Source: a virus. Taken from it: 59,558 bases of DNA. Of this stretch, positions 40,312-48,655 are shown one piece after another. The stretch spans positions 1 through 59,558 of the IMG/VR virus record IMGVR_UViG_3300045988_091217; one strand, 5' to 3'. The translations under genes and the position numbers were made by a program. Positions within the stretch are counted from its first letter, which is position 1. The number at the start of each line of letters is the position of its first letter. The notes beneath the pieces are model-generated. The model had not been told where the DNA came from. It saw only the letters and a list, made by a program, of their open reading frames with translations, and did no database searches.

Positions 40312-40528
40312 TTTGATATTCCTTTTTAATCACGGCCTCCCCATGCTCGTTGAAGATGATGTATGCGAGGCGTGCGAGCGGATTCTCGCGTTGGAGCTTA
40401 CCGCATTCACGACGTGCATTCTTTTCAATTTCAGGCAAGCCTTTATGATTTGCCACTGGTGTCGTGTGCGTTTCAACATACGCCTGCGCGTTGTTGTCGT
40501 ATTCCATAAAGCAGATTTTGCGTTTCAT
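40304..40528 (-). CDS. hypothetical protein
   Basis: AAGGAAAA RBS formed by the last codons of the upstream gene. Confidence 0.4.
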   Translation of the reverse strand: MKRKICFMEYDNNAQAYVETHTTPVANHKGLPEIEKNARRECGKLQRENPLARLAYIIFNEHGEAVIKKEYQNG

Positions 40529-41011
40529 TTAATTTTCCTTTTGTTCATCAAGTAGTGTTAGAACGTAGGTGATTACCTCATTAATGCGCTTACTTGCTTC
40601 CCAGTCGGAGCGTTTGGCTGCGTCATGCAGTTCTGGGGTCAAGACTTCGGGGATAAGCGCAGAAAGGTCAACCACAATATCTTCCCCATCATAATCACTG
40701 TCGTTTGCCAACAACGCCTCGACGGTAATTGATACAAGGTGTCCTTCTTTGCTAAAGTAGTACAGATAACCGCTATGAGATAAATCAATATCATGCTTAT
40801 TAAGCTGGTCAACTGCCAGACTCATGCGTTCGATGCGAAGCGACATCTCGTCGATATAAGCCTCAGTGCATTCAGCATCACAACGCAGTAAGTTATCAAT
40901 AATAAATGCAGGACTTGCACCCAATTCAAACAGAATCATGCGGAGATTATCAATGCCTCGCACAATCGCATATAACTTTCTGTGTTGCTCTTCTTTTTTG
41001 TCAATATTCAT
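40529..41011 (-). CDS. acidic ~160-aa protein, paralog of 41714-42193; function unknown
   Basis: Shared blocks HSGYLYYFSKEGH/HEGHLYFFNEDEG, LLANDSDYDGE/LLSDDTIYDGE, YVLTLLDEQKEN/YVFNHMLESDED. Confidence 0.55.
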   Translation of the reverse strand: MNIDKKEEQHRKLYAIVRGIDNLRMILFELGASPAFIIDNLLRCDAECTEAYIDEMSLRIERMSLAVDQLNKHDIDLSHSGYLYYFSKEGHLVSITVEALLANDSDYDGEDIVVDLSALIPEVLTPELHDAAKRSDWEASKRINEVITYVLTLLDEQKEN

Positions 41012-41014
41012 AAT

Positions 41015-41269
41015 TTAATACTCCTTAAACACATCATAATCTTTTGCTTCTACCACTTTCGATGGTCGGTCAATATATCGTACCCGACCTCCTCTGGTAT
41101 GAGCATACCGTTCACCGAACACAAGCAGTTTAATCTTGCCCGACTTGGTATAACCGAGATGATTGCAATACATCAAATAGCTAATCTTTGAGTTACGATT
41201 CAACGAATGCGTGCATCGCAGAAGGTACTTACCGTCCCAATAGGCTGGTTGTTCTTTACAGATTCTCAT
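41015..41269 (-). CDS. Cys/His-rich small protein, unknown
   Basis: ATGA coupled to the upstream gene. Start placed at the internal ATG MRICKEQ. Confidence 0.4.
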   Translation of the reverse strand: MRICKEQPAYWDGKYLLRCTHSLNRNSKISYLMYCNHLGYTKSGKIKLLVFGERYAHTRGGRVRYIDRPSKVVEAKDYDVFKEY

Positions 41270-41700
41270 GGCAACCCCAGTGCTTTCTTTGTAGCTTTTG
41301 TAATTCTGTCTGGCAATTCCCACTCAATCGAATCCACGACAAATCCCAACTGGCTATGGGTATAGCCCCACGTTGTAAAGCCATCTCTATCGAGCAATTT
41401 AATTAACCGTTTTTGGTTGTATTTGTAGCCGTCCCAGATGCTGATTTCGCGCGTACTACCGCATCGTTCAACGACCTCAGCACGTTTGCCGCCTTCAACA
41501 CGTTCACCACCTTGATATGGGTCAATATCAGCACTCCAGTCAATATTCAACGACATACAGCAATCATTCGCGGCATCTTTGATAATTTCAATCAACTGCG
41601 CGTAAAGAGCTTCAGTTTCACGTTTACAGGCATCTGCGAACAACTGCTGCGCAATTTCGCAATTTGTTGGTTGTTTGTTAGCATTTGCGTTATTCATCAT
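41266..41700 (-). CDS. hypothetical protein
   Basis: 144 aa, AGAGGGTG RBS. Confidence 0.4.
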   Translation of the reverse strand: MMNNANANKQPTNCEIAQQLFADACKRETEALYAQLIEIIKDAANDCCMSLNIDWSADIDPYQGGERVEGGKRAEVVERCGSTREISIWDGYKYNQKRLIKLLDRDGFTTWGYTHSQLGFVVDSIEWELPDRITKATKKALGLP

Positions 41701-41713
41701 TCACACCCTCTTT

Positions 41714-42193
41714 CTAGTCTTCGTCTGATTCAAGCATGTGGTTAAACACATAATTAATGGACTCTGATAGCTGATAAATAGCATCCGTGTTTTTGTTTTC
41801 AATACACTCATCAAGAAGCGGCTTCAACAACTTCGGCACAATTTCTTCAACGGTCAGCACGAAGGCTTCCCCGTCATATATTGTGTCATCACTGAGCAAC
41901 TCCTCAATAGTACCCCACGAAACACCTTCGTCTTCGTTAAAGAAGTAGAGGTGTCCCTCATGGGTTATTTTGCCACCAATATCCTTCAAATGACTCAACA
42001 TGGCAGAAACGCGCTTGTAGTGGTCAAGCCTGTTGAGTACATCATCATAAACGTCGTTTAACGATTTCGTATGTAGGATTTTATGAATAAAGACACCAGT
42101 CGCACCCGTGTCAATCAGGTTGTCTGTCAAACAATACTGTTCACGATTTGCTCTAAGCAACATCTCGCGCAGTTCTTCATCGGTATACGCCAT
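41714..42193 (-). CDS. acidic ~160-aa protein, paralog of 40529-41011
   Basis: See the paralog entry. Expressed from cassette copy 1. Confidence 0.55.
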   Translation of the reverse strand: MAYTDEELREMLLRANREQYCLTDNLIDTGATGVFIHKILHTKSLNDVYDDVLNRLDHYKRVSAMLSHLKDIGGKITHEGHLYFFNEDEGVSWGTIEELLSDDTIYDGEAFVLTVEEIVPKLLKPLLDECIENKNTDAIYQLSESINYVFNHMLESDED

Positions 42194-42305
42194 TTCAATT
42201 TCCTTCGTTTGTGGTTAGTTGGTGATTGAATAGTAGCAACCCTTATAAGTATTGTCAAGCAATTAAAAAGCACTTAACCGTAAAATACAGCTAAGTGCTT
42301 CATTT
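42194..42305 (-). promoter_or_regulatory. terminator-promoter-leader cassette, copy 1
   Basis: On the minus strand: hairpin aagcacttaac/ctaagtgctt plus ttttaatt, then TTGACA-17-TACTAT, then the leader ACGAAGGAAATTGAAATG. Confidence 0.6.
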
Positions 42306-42319
42306 ATTACAAAATTAAA

Positions 42320-43597
42320 TTACTGACGGATTTTCTTTTCGCTAACAACCACTGGCTCACGAACGACAACAGTTTCTTTGACAATCACCTGCTGTGGTGC
42401 GACAACTGGTTTCGGTTTTGCGCCGAAGAAGTATGCGGCACTCAAGCCGACACCAATGTTCTTGCGAGTATCAGCGGATACGCCGCCTTTGAAGCCCCAT
42501 TTGCCGTTTTCGGTAATATGTGACGCACCGATAGCGATAGCGGCTTCGTTTTTAAACGAACCTGCGCCGACAGTGATTGCGCTTTGACCCGCTTCGTAAG
42601 GCTGCATCATCGTGCCGATGGCGATAGCACCAGCGATACCAGCGTTGCTGTCGCGTCGGTTTTTGTTGATGTCGTTACGGATTGCATCGAAATTGCCTTC
42701 AACCAGCTTGTTCAGTTCGGTGATTTTGTTACGCAAGTCACGGTCACGCAGTTTCAATTCATAAATTTGCGACTCCTGCGTTTCCATCCAACCAGAGTAT
42801 TGCTGCACCGTATGATACACATTCGTGATTTGTTCGCTGTGATAATTCAGCTTAGCTACGTTGGCACTCACTTGCGTCGCGACGGCATGGAGTTGCGAGC
42901 CGTTCACCGCGTCGGTCGATGTCTTGCTAACATTGCCAGCGGCCACGTTTTGCAACTGGCGTTCGAAGCCCTTAGAGCCGATAGACACGACGGATGTTGG
43001 ACGATGACCTGCATAGTTGCCATACGTCACGCCGTCAACCGTTGTGTTAACAACGCCTTTGAAGTCGCTGGTTGTTGAGTTGAAGCCGATGGCAACACCA
43101 CTGTAATGCTCCGTCTTGGCGTTTGTACCGACAGCCGTGCTGAAACGGGCTTCAGTCGTAGCACCACTGCCAACAGCCGTAGATTGGTCGCCGCGAGCCA
43201 TTGAAGACTGACCCAGAGCCGTGCTTTGGCCGCCAATGGCGTTGGCGTGTAGACCTAATGCGGAGGAGCTATTGCCGATTGTTGTGGTATGTGCGCCCAC
43301 AGCGGTCGAGGCTGAGCCTTCAGCTAAAGTGCCTTTACCTAATGCCGTCGTGGAGTAACCCTTAGCCCACGACGCGCTGCCGAACGCCTGTGACGTAACG
43401 CCGCTGGCCTTCGCATGTGCGCCGACAGCAGTGGAGAGGTTTGCATAGGCATGTGAGTTCATACCCACTGCGGTTGCACCCGCGCCTTCAGCGGTGACGT
43501 AGTTACCAATAGCAACCGCGCTGCGACCGACTTCAGCCATAGATAATTGGGACGACGCTACGAGTGTAACGCATAATGCAATGAGAGTTTTCTTCAT
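42320..43597 (-). CDS. YadA-like trimeric-autotransporter-type adhesin (Hep_Hag repeats, coiled-coil, YadA-like beta-anchor) with signal peptide
   Basis: MKKTLIALCVTLVASSQLSMA. Repeated GATAVG/STAVGAHA/STALGKGT units. Anchor SAITVGAGSF ... NIGVGLSAAYFF, followed by a 35-aa K/P/V-rich extension. Start at the internal ATG (43597). Confidence 0.65.
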   Translation of the reverse strand: MKKTLIALCVTLVASSQLSMAEVGRSAVAIGNYVTAEGAGATAVGMNSHAYANLSTAVGAHAKASGVTSQAFGSASWAKGYSTTALGKGTLAEGSASTAVGAHTTTIGNSSSALGLHANAIGGQSTALGQSSMARGDQSTAVGSGATTEARFSTAVGTNAKTEHYSGVAIGFNSTTSDFKGVVNTTVDGVTYGNYAGHRPTSVVSIGSKGFERQLQNVAAGNVSKTSTDAVNGSQLHAVATQVSANVAKLNYHSEQITNVYHTVQQYSGWMETQESQIYELKLRDRDLRNKITELNKLVEGNFDAIRNDINKNRRDSNAGIAGAIAIGTMMQPYEAGQSAITVGAGSFKNEAAIAIGASHITENGKWGFKGGVSADTRKNIGVGLSAAYFFGAKPKPVVAPQQVIVKETVVVREPVVVSEKKIRQ

Positions 43598-43619
43598 GGT
43601 AGAACCTTTCTTTGGTAAG

Positions 43620-43808
43620 TTAAATATCGTCTTCGTCACGATGCTTAAAGCGCATCTCAACTTGACGCTGGGTTCGGCGAGCAATCACCGATTTGGGTAG
43701 CGGTTTCGGGTAAGAAAAACCGCCGTGCATGACAGCATTACGTCTGTCAAAATTACTGCGAAAGACCTTAATGTCATTCCGCGATAAACGCTTCATCGTT
43801 GTAGCCAT
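43620..43808 (-). CDS. small basic protein, unknown
   Basis: 62 aa, R/K-rich. Confidence 0.3.
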   Translation of the reverse strand: MATTMKRLSRNDIKVFRSNFDRRNAVMHGGFSYPKPLPKSVIARRTQRQVEMRFKHRDEDDI

Positions 43809-43809
43809 A

Positions 43810-44382
43810 TTATTCCTGTTCAGCTAAGTATTTAGTAACATGGGTAATATACTCGATTTGACGAATACAGTCTTCATAGGCGTTATGCGTTGTAGCAGAC
43901 ACTGACCGCTGTAAGCGAGGGAACATCTCGCCGATTGTTCGGAGTGAGCGGCAATCACGCACTTCCCAGAAGTTAATGAGTGTTGCTTTTGGGTCAACCA
44001 AACGATTAAAGGCGTTATTCAGGACGTCAGTATCGAACGTACCAGTGTTCCATACAAGCAAGCCTCCATCATTACGGGCAGCATCAAACAACTCCTTCAT
44101 ACGCCGCAGTGTGTCAACCAATGCTTGCTTCTCGGTAGGGTTGAGTAACTTGGCGAGATAGCCGCGATTGGTTTTGTACCACCAAGCAAGTGTGTCAGTG
44201 CTAGTGTGTGAACGTGGTTGCTCATCCAATCCATGTCTTACATGGAAGCTCTTAGAGTTGTATACCGTACCAGTTACGGGGTGAAAGCAAGCCAATGCCG
44301 TTTCCAAGATATGCGCATTTGATTGAGATGACAGTGTTTCCAAGTCAACCATGAAATGCTGTTTTGTGAGAATAGCTTTCAT
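43810..44382 (-). CDS. DEDDh 3'-5' exonuclease (DnaQ-like)
   Basis: FMVDLETLS (Exo I) and HNAYEDCIRQ (Exo III). Confidence 0.6.
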   Translation of the reverse strand: MKAILTKQHFMVDLETLSSQSNAHILETALACFHPVTGTVYNSKSFHVRHGLDEQPRSHTSTDTLAWWYKTNRGYLAKLLNPTEKQALVDTLRRMKELFDAARNDGGLLVWNTGTFDTDVLNNAFNRLVDPKATLINFWEVRDCRSLRTIGEMFPRLQRSVSATTHNAYEDCIRQIEYITHVTKYLAEQE

Positions 44383-44383
44383 T

Positions 44384-44737
44384 TCAATTTCTTTCTTTGA
44401 GTTTAGATTTGCATGTTTCCAACATTCCGATTAACGTGTCGAGTTCCTCTTCGGCTAAGTCGGCAAACGCAAAAGCAGTTTCAGTACCGTATCCAGTGAT
44501 AGGATGACAAACATCTTCGCGTGTATGTTCGATGCTGATACGAACCAATCCGTGTTCGCTTGGAGGAGACGCAATCTCTACGCGCAAACTGCTTTGATGT
44601 GTTGCGGTCACGCCGTCACGATTAGTGCCATGCCAGAACATAACTTCCATTTCGTCTTTGTATTTCATATCACATACCCACATCGAATTTCTTGAATTTG
44701 TCTTTAAACTCACGCATCGGGCGTGTGTAGACGACAC
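44384..44737 (-). CDS. hypothetical protein
   Basis: ORF on the minus strand within the operon. Confidence 0.35.
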   Translation of the reverse strand: MSSTHARCVSLKTNSRNSMWVCDMKYKDEMEVMFWHGTNRDGVTATHQSSLRVEIASPPSEHGLVRISIEHTREDVCHPITGYGTETAFAFADLAEEELDTLIGMLETCKSKLKERN

Positions 44738-44933
44738 CTGTTGATTCAGAGCGATATACTGCTTGCTCCAAGCCAGATACTTCCGAACGGGCGGTCAGGA
44801 GCAGTCGGTACAGGCCGCCTTTGCAGTATTCGTAGAGTTCGAAATCGTGTTTGCTTTTACCAAACAACGGTGAGCTTTTCACTTTACACTTAGCTGGAAT
44901 GCAGAGCATCCCTTTCAATGCTTTCATAACCAT
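44670..44933 (-). CDS. hypothetical protein with cassette-type leader
   Basis: Start at ATG 44933, preceded by AACAAAGGAAATTGAAAATG. Confidence 0.4.
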   Translation of the reverse strand: MVMKALKGMLCIPAKCKVKSSPLFGKSKHDFELYEYCKGGLYRLLLTARSEVSGLEQAVYRSESTGVVYTRPMREFKDKFKKFDVGM

Positions 44934-44955
44934 TTTCAATTTCCTTTGTTTGTTG

Positions 44956-45333
44956 TTAATCGTGTTCAATGGTGTAACCGTTGTTAAGGAAGTCGTAGTT
45001 AACTAATACTTCTCGAATCATTTCTTGCAAAATCTTCTCCTCTTCGAGAGACATTTCATCATTGCGGAAGTAATAATCTAAGTCTTCAGGTGAATCCTCT
45101 AACTCAAGACTTTCAATGTTATATTTCCGACCTCCCATCGGAGGGTTTATTGTGCTAAAAGGGGAGGTTACACTCACTTCACAGTCCGCGCTGTACCAAG
45201 TTAAGGTTACAGCACATCCCCGTCGTTCAACACCAGTATTCTCGTCCTTGAAATATACATCTGGGTCGATGTATACCGTGCATACAGGGCTTGTGTTCTT
45301 TACCATTGCCTTGAGTTGGTTAAATTTTGCCAT
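44956..45333 (-). CDS. hypothetical acidic protein
   Basis: Start at ATG 45333 with leader AAGGAAATTGAAAATG. Expressed from cassette copy 2. Confidence 0.45.
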   Translation of the reverse strand: MAKFNQLKAMVKNTSPVCTVYIDPDVYFKDENTGVERRGCAVTLTWYSADCEVSVTSPFSTINPPMGGRKYNIESLELEDSPEDLDYYFRNDEMSLEEEKILQEMIREVLVNYDFLNNGYTIEHD

Positions 45334-45446
45334 TTTCAATTTCCTTCGTTTGTTGTCGGTTGATGAGTGAATACTATACATCCCTATAAGTATTGCCAAG
45401 CAATTAAAAAGCACTTAGCCGCAAAATAGAGCTAAGTGCTTCATTT
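45334..45446 (-). promoter_or_regulatory. terminator-promoter-leader cassette, copy 2
   Basis: Hairpin aagcacttagc/gctaagtgctt plus T-run, then TTGGCA-17-TAGTAT, then the leader. Confidence 0.6.
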
Positions 45447-45460
45447 AATAGGGTATTAAG

Positions 45461-47137
45461 TTACAAATAATTTATTGTAAGAACCCTGTTTCGTTGAATA
45501 ACCGTATTCGCCGACACGCTGTTATCAAGCCAGTTGGCACGAACTTGGTTAATCAGAGACTGCGTATAGATGTCGTTGTCGGTAAAGCTGATTTGCGCAG
45601 CGGGATTGCCGACGTAGAATCGTGATGTCGGACGGCCGAAATCAGCAGGCAAGTGCAACTGGTTATTACGGAAGAACAGTTTATCGGCAGCTTTCAACGA
45701 TGTTGCTTTAGTCACTGTATTTTTCGAAGTAACCTTAGCGATGTTGTTTTCGATGATGACGCTATGGTCATTTGCCGCATTGCTGTTCTCTTCGACGTAG
45801 AAAGGCACGCCGTCGCAGTATTCACATCCCAGTTCATTATCGGAGAATGTGAAGTCACCCAAGCCGTATTTGACAACAGGGGCTTTGGCAAACGCCGACA
45901 GGAAGGATGTTAGTCTACCATTACCTGTGATGCGGTTGCGTCGAATCTTAACGACAGGCTTGGCTTCTTGGTCGTTGTTGCGATATTCGATACACCAGTA
46001 AGAACCGCGCTGAATAGTGTCGATTTTATTCATGCCTTCAATGGTGTTGTCTTCGATAATGACTTCTGGATTAACCTGTGTAACCCAAGTTTGCCATGGC
46101 TGTTGCTTAATCTCAATGCGGATACCACTCTCGCGATAATAGTCCATATTCAAGTCAAGCTGCGCGCCTTCAGCAACGTTTTCATCGCGCTCCAGAACAA
46201 ACGTGCCGTCAAAGTGAATGCTGTTACGCACGAATCGAATGTATGCCACTGGGTATTGGCGATTCTCGTAGGCGAAACCATGCAGGCGGTTGTCGAGGAT
46301 GTTGTTCTCTTCGGCGATGAAGTCAACTGCATCATGGGAATCAAGACCCTTGCGGTAGTTGCGCTCAAGTTTGTTACCCTTAATCATGCTGTTCAAGCCG
46401 AAGTTGAGCGAGCCTGATAGAGCGGTAATACCATAGCCAGTGCCGCCGTTGGCCTCATGGCCGTTGTGATGGCAATAGTTGTTGAATGCTTGGAAGTCTT
46501 TCTGCCAAGCATACGCGATGCCAGCCACGCGGTTGTGATGCGAATGGCATTCGATGGCTCGATTACCACTGGCCTTAATAGTCGCCTCACGCAACTGGTC
46601 GAGGGTAATAGTGCCTTTCTTAAACTGCTCACCCAGAGCGACAACCTCACCGTTGTGGGAGGTAAAGAAGATACCGATGCGGTTAGAGCCTTTCGATTCT
46701 ACGCGCTGAACCAGACCGTTGGTAGTATCGACCATCATGATATTCATAACAGAACCGCGATAAGTCTCGCCTTTCCAGTGGAAAGTGCCTTTGTACTCGA
46801 TGCTGAAATCTTCCAGCGTTACGTCGGGAAGGCTGTCGACGATGACACCGCACCACTTACGCGCGTCTGTTTTGTTCGTGTTCGCGTCCCAGTTTTCAGG
46901 CTGCTCCCAGCTATAAACGATATTGGTTTTGCCCATACCAGCACCCTTGATACCACGAATACCAGTATGGCGTTCGTCCATACGGATTTGCTCATCCAGT
47001 GTGTATGTGCCTTCACCGAACTCAATGAAGGTCTTTGTTGCTGCGGCGCATTCAATCGCCGTCTTAATCGCCTGACTGTCGCTCATGCCGAGTGCTTTGA
47101 GCAGGTCGACTTTTACATATCCGATTTCACAAGACAT
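45461..47137 (-). CDS. right-handed beta-helix (pectate-lyase-fold) protein; polysaccharide depolymerase/tailspike-like
   Basis: N-terminal IKTAIECAAATKTFIEFGEGTYTL. Repeated xxDNxI rungs (IEDNTIEG, IENNIAKV, FTDNDIY, FSDNELG). Start at ATG 47137 with a CAGGAG RBS. Confidence 0.6.
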   Translation of the reverse strand: MSCEIGYVKVDLLKALGMSDSQAIKTAIECAAATKTFIEFGEGTYTLDEQIRMDERHTGIRGIKGAGMGKTNIVYSWEQPENWDANTNKTDARKWCGVIVDSLPDVTLEDFSIEYKGTFHWKGETYRGSVMNIMMVDTTNGLVQRVESKGSNRIGIFFTSHNGEVVALGEQFKKGTITLDQLREATIKASGNRAIECHSHHNRVAGIAYAWQKDFQAFNNYCHHNGHEANGGTGYGITALSGSLNFGLNSMIKGNKLERNYRKGLDSHDAVDFIAEENNILDNRLHGFAYENRQYPVAYIRFVRNSIHFDGTFVLERDENVAEGAQLDLNMDYYRESGIRIEIKQQPWQTWVTQVNPEVIIEDNTIEGMNKIDTIQRGSYWCIEYRNNDQEAKPVVKIRRNRITGNGRLTSFLSAFAKAPVVKYGLGDFTFSDNELGCEYCDGVPFYVEENSNAANDHSVIIENNIAKVTSKNTVTKATSLKAADKLFFRNNQLHLPADFGRPTSRFYVGNPAAQISFTDNDIYTQSLINQVRANWLDNSVSANTVIQRNRVLTINYL

Positions 47138-47160
47138 GTTCAACTCCTGTGTTGATAACA

Positions 47161-47197
47161 AAAAAAAACAACTCACAGTTTACACTATGAGTTGTTT
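47161..47197 (-). terminator. rho-independent terminator upstream of the beta-helix gene
   Basis: Minus strand: aacaactcatag ... ctgtgagttgtt followed by tttttttt. Confidence 0.65.
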
Positions 47198-47202
47198 TAA
47201 CA

Positions 47203-47577
47203 CTAGGCTTGAGTCTGTGAGGCGTATACCTGCAACACGCACGACAGGTCTTCTTTAGACACGCCATGCTTCTCAGCGGCGGCGTTCAGGTCTACAAGGG
47301 CTTCTGTAATCAGCACGACCAATGCGTCGTCAGTCAAGTCTTTAACCTTCTCCGATACGTTGGCACATTTGCGGATTTTGCCGATACCAATCAGATGATT
47401 CTTGAGTTTAACCGCATCGGTGAGCAACAGGCGCACTTGGTCGATATGGGTGTTCGGCACAACCAATACAGTCTGGCTGTCTTTCGGGTTTGAACCTACG
47501 CGCAGCGTAGTTGCACTGTCGTCAACGATGGCGTGATATTGGCCGTAAGACAGGGTTTTCGCTTGAGTACAAGTCAT
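47203..47577 (-). CDS. hypothetical protein
   Basis: 124 aa. TAATG overlap with the dut stop. Confidence 0.4.
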   Translation of the reverse strand: MTCTQAKTLSYGQYHAIVDDSATTLRVGSNPKDSQTVLVVPNTHIDQVRLLLTDAVKLKNHLIGIGKIRKCANVSEKVKDLTDDALVVLITEALVDLNAAAEKHGVSKEDLSCVLQVYASQTQA

Positions 47578-48020
47578 TATTTCACCCCTGTGCTACCGAA
47601 GCCGCCTTCACCGCGTTCAGTGTTGGATAATTCGTCGGCTTCTTCGAAAGATACCTGCTCAACAGGGATAATCATTGCTTGAGCAATGCGCTCACCGACA
47701 CAAGGCATACCGTGAATATCAGTGCTAGACTTGCGCAGTTTGACGCACACTTCGCCGCGATAATCAGCATCGATAACGCCTGTGCTGTTCGCCAGTGTAA
47801 TGCCATACTTGAAGCCGTGACCGCTGCGGCTGTAAACCATCATCACATGGCCTTCAGGCACTTCAAACTGCAAACCTGTACCGTAGGTTACAGTGCGTTC
47901 ACCGTTGTCGTCAGTCGTGTCGATAATGTTTGCCGCATACAGGTCAAAACATGCCGCGCCCTTGCTACCATATACAGGCACTTTCGCTTCTGCATCAATC
48001 TTCTTAATCTTAACATTCAT
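47577..48020 (-). CDS. dut: dUTP pyrophosphatase
   Basis: GVIDADYRGE and RGEGGFGSTG motifs. Start at MNVKIK with a GGAGA RBS. Confidence 0.85.
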   Translation of the reverse strand: MNVKIKKIDAEAKVPVYGSKGAACFDLYAANIIDTTDDNGERTVTYGTGLQFEVPEGHVMMVYSRSGHGFKYGITLANSTGVIDADYRGEVCVKLRKSSTDIHGMPCVGERIAQAMIIPVEQVSFEEADELSNTERGEGGFGSTGVK

Positions 48021-48366
48021 TGTCGTCTCCATATAAACCCGTCAGGGGTTGTTTTAAAAATCTGTCGACTAAAGCCATGCCGATTTTAGTCTTAATGTAA
48101 CGGCGGCACAACTCTTTGAAGTAGGTACGCTGCATACGGAATTGGCCTGTTACTGGTGCAAAGATAACACCTTCTTCACCCAGATTATCGAGTTTCACAC
48201 GCTCGCCGAAACTGAGGCATCTGAGGTCAACGACCTCGCCTTCGATGAATGTGAGCAGCAGATATTCCTCGAATTCCATTTGGCGTTTGCTGGTGTCGTT
48301 GATAACCCCGAACAATTCGTCGTTGAACTGCCGACGGGCGCAACCGCAGTCATTAGTGGATTCCAT
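48010..48366 (-). CDS. hypothetical protein
   Basis: Start at ATG 48366 after an AAGGAG RBS. Confidence 0.4.
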   Translation of the reverse strand: MESTNDCGCARRQFNDELFGVINDTSKRQMEFEEYLLLTFIEGEVVDLRCLSFGERVKLDNLGEEGVIFAPVTGQFRMQRTYFKELCRRYIKTKIGMALVDRFLKQPLTGLYGDDNEC

Positions 48367-48655
48367 CCCATCGACTCCTTTCCCAGTCACAAGTCAGACT
48401 GGTTTGCTTAACATGTTCGTACTGCGACTTCAAACCGAGACAATGCACAACGCGATTCGTATCATACATCACTTCGTATTCGACCAGACGGTATGCTGTA
48501 TTTGGAACACCACCTGCCGAGACAACCTTGACTTTTTGGTCGGCTTTTTGTACAGGCGCATCGCTGTCATGTGTCTGACTGTTCGGATGGCAGGCCGTAG
48601 TCGCAAACGTGACGTACAGCACACACGCCAGTAATTTTAAACTTTTACTCATCAT
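48353..48655 (-). CDS. putative lipoprotein
   Basis: MMSKSLKLLACVLYVTFATTAC is a signal peptide plus lipobox-like Cys. Its start overlaps the thyX-like stop. Confidence 0.45.
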   Translation of the reverse strand: MMSKSLKLLACVLYVTFATTACHPNSQTHDSDAPVQKADQKVKVVSAGGVPNTAYRLVEYEVMYDTNRVVHCLGLKSQYEHVKQTSLTCDWERSRWDGIH

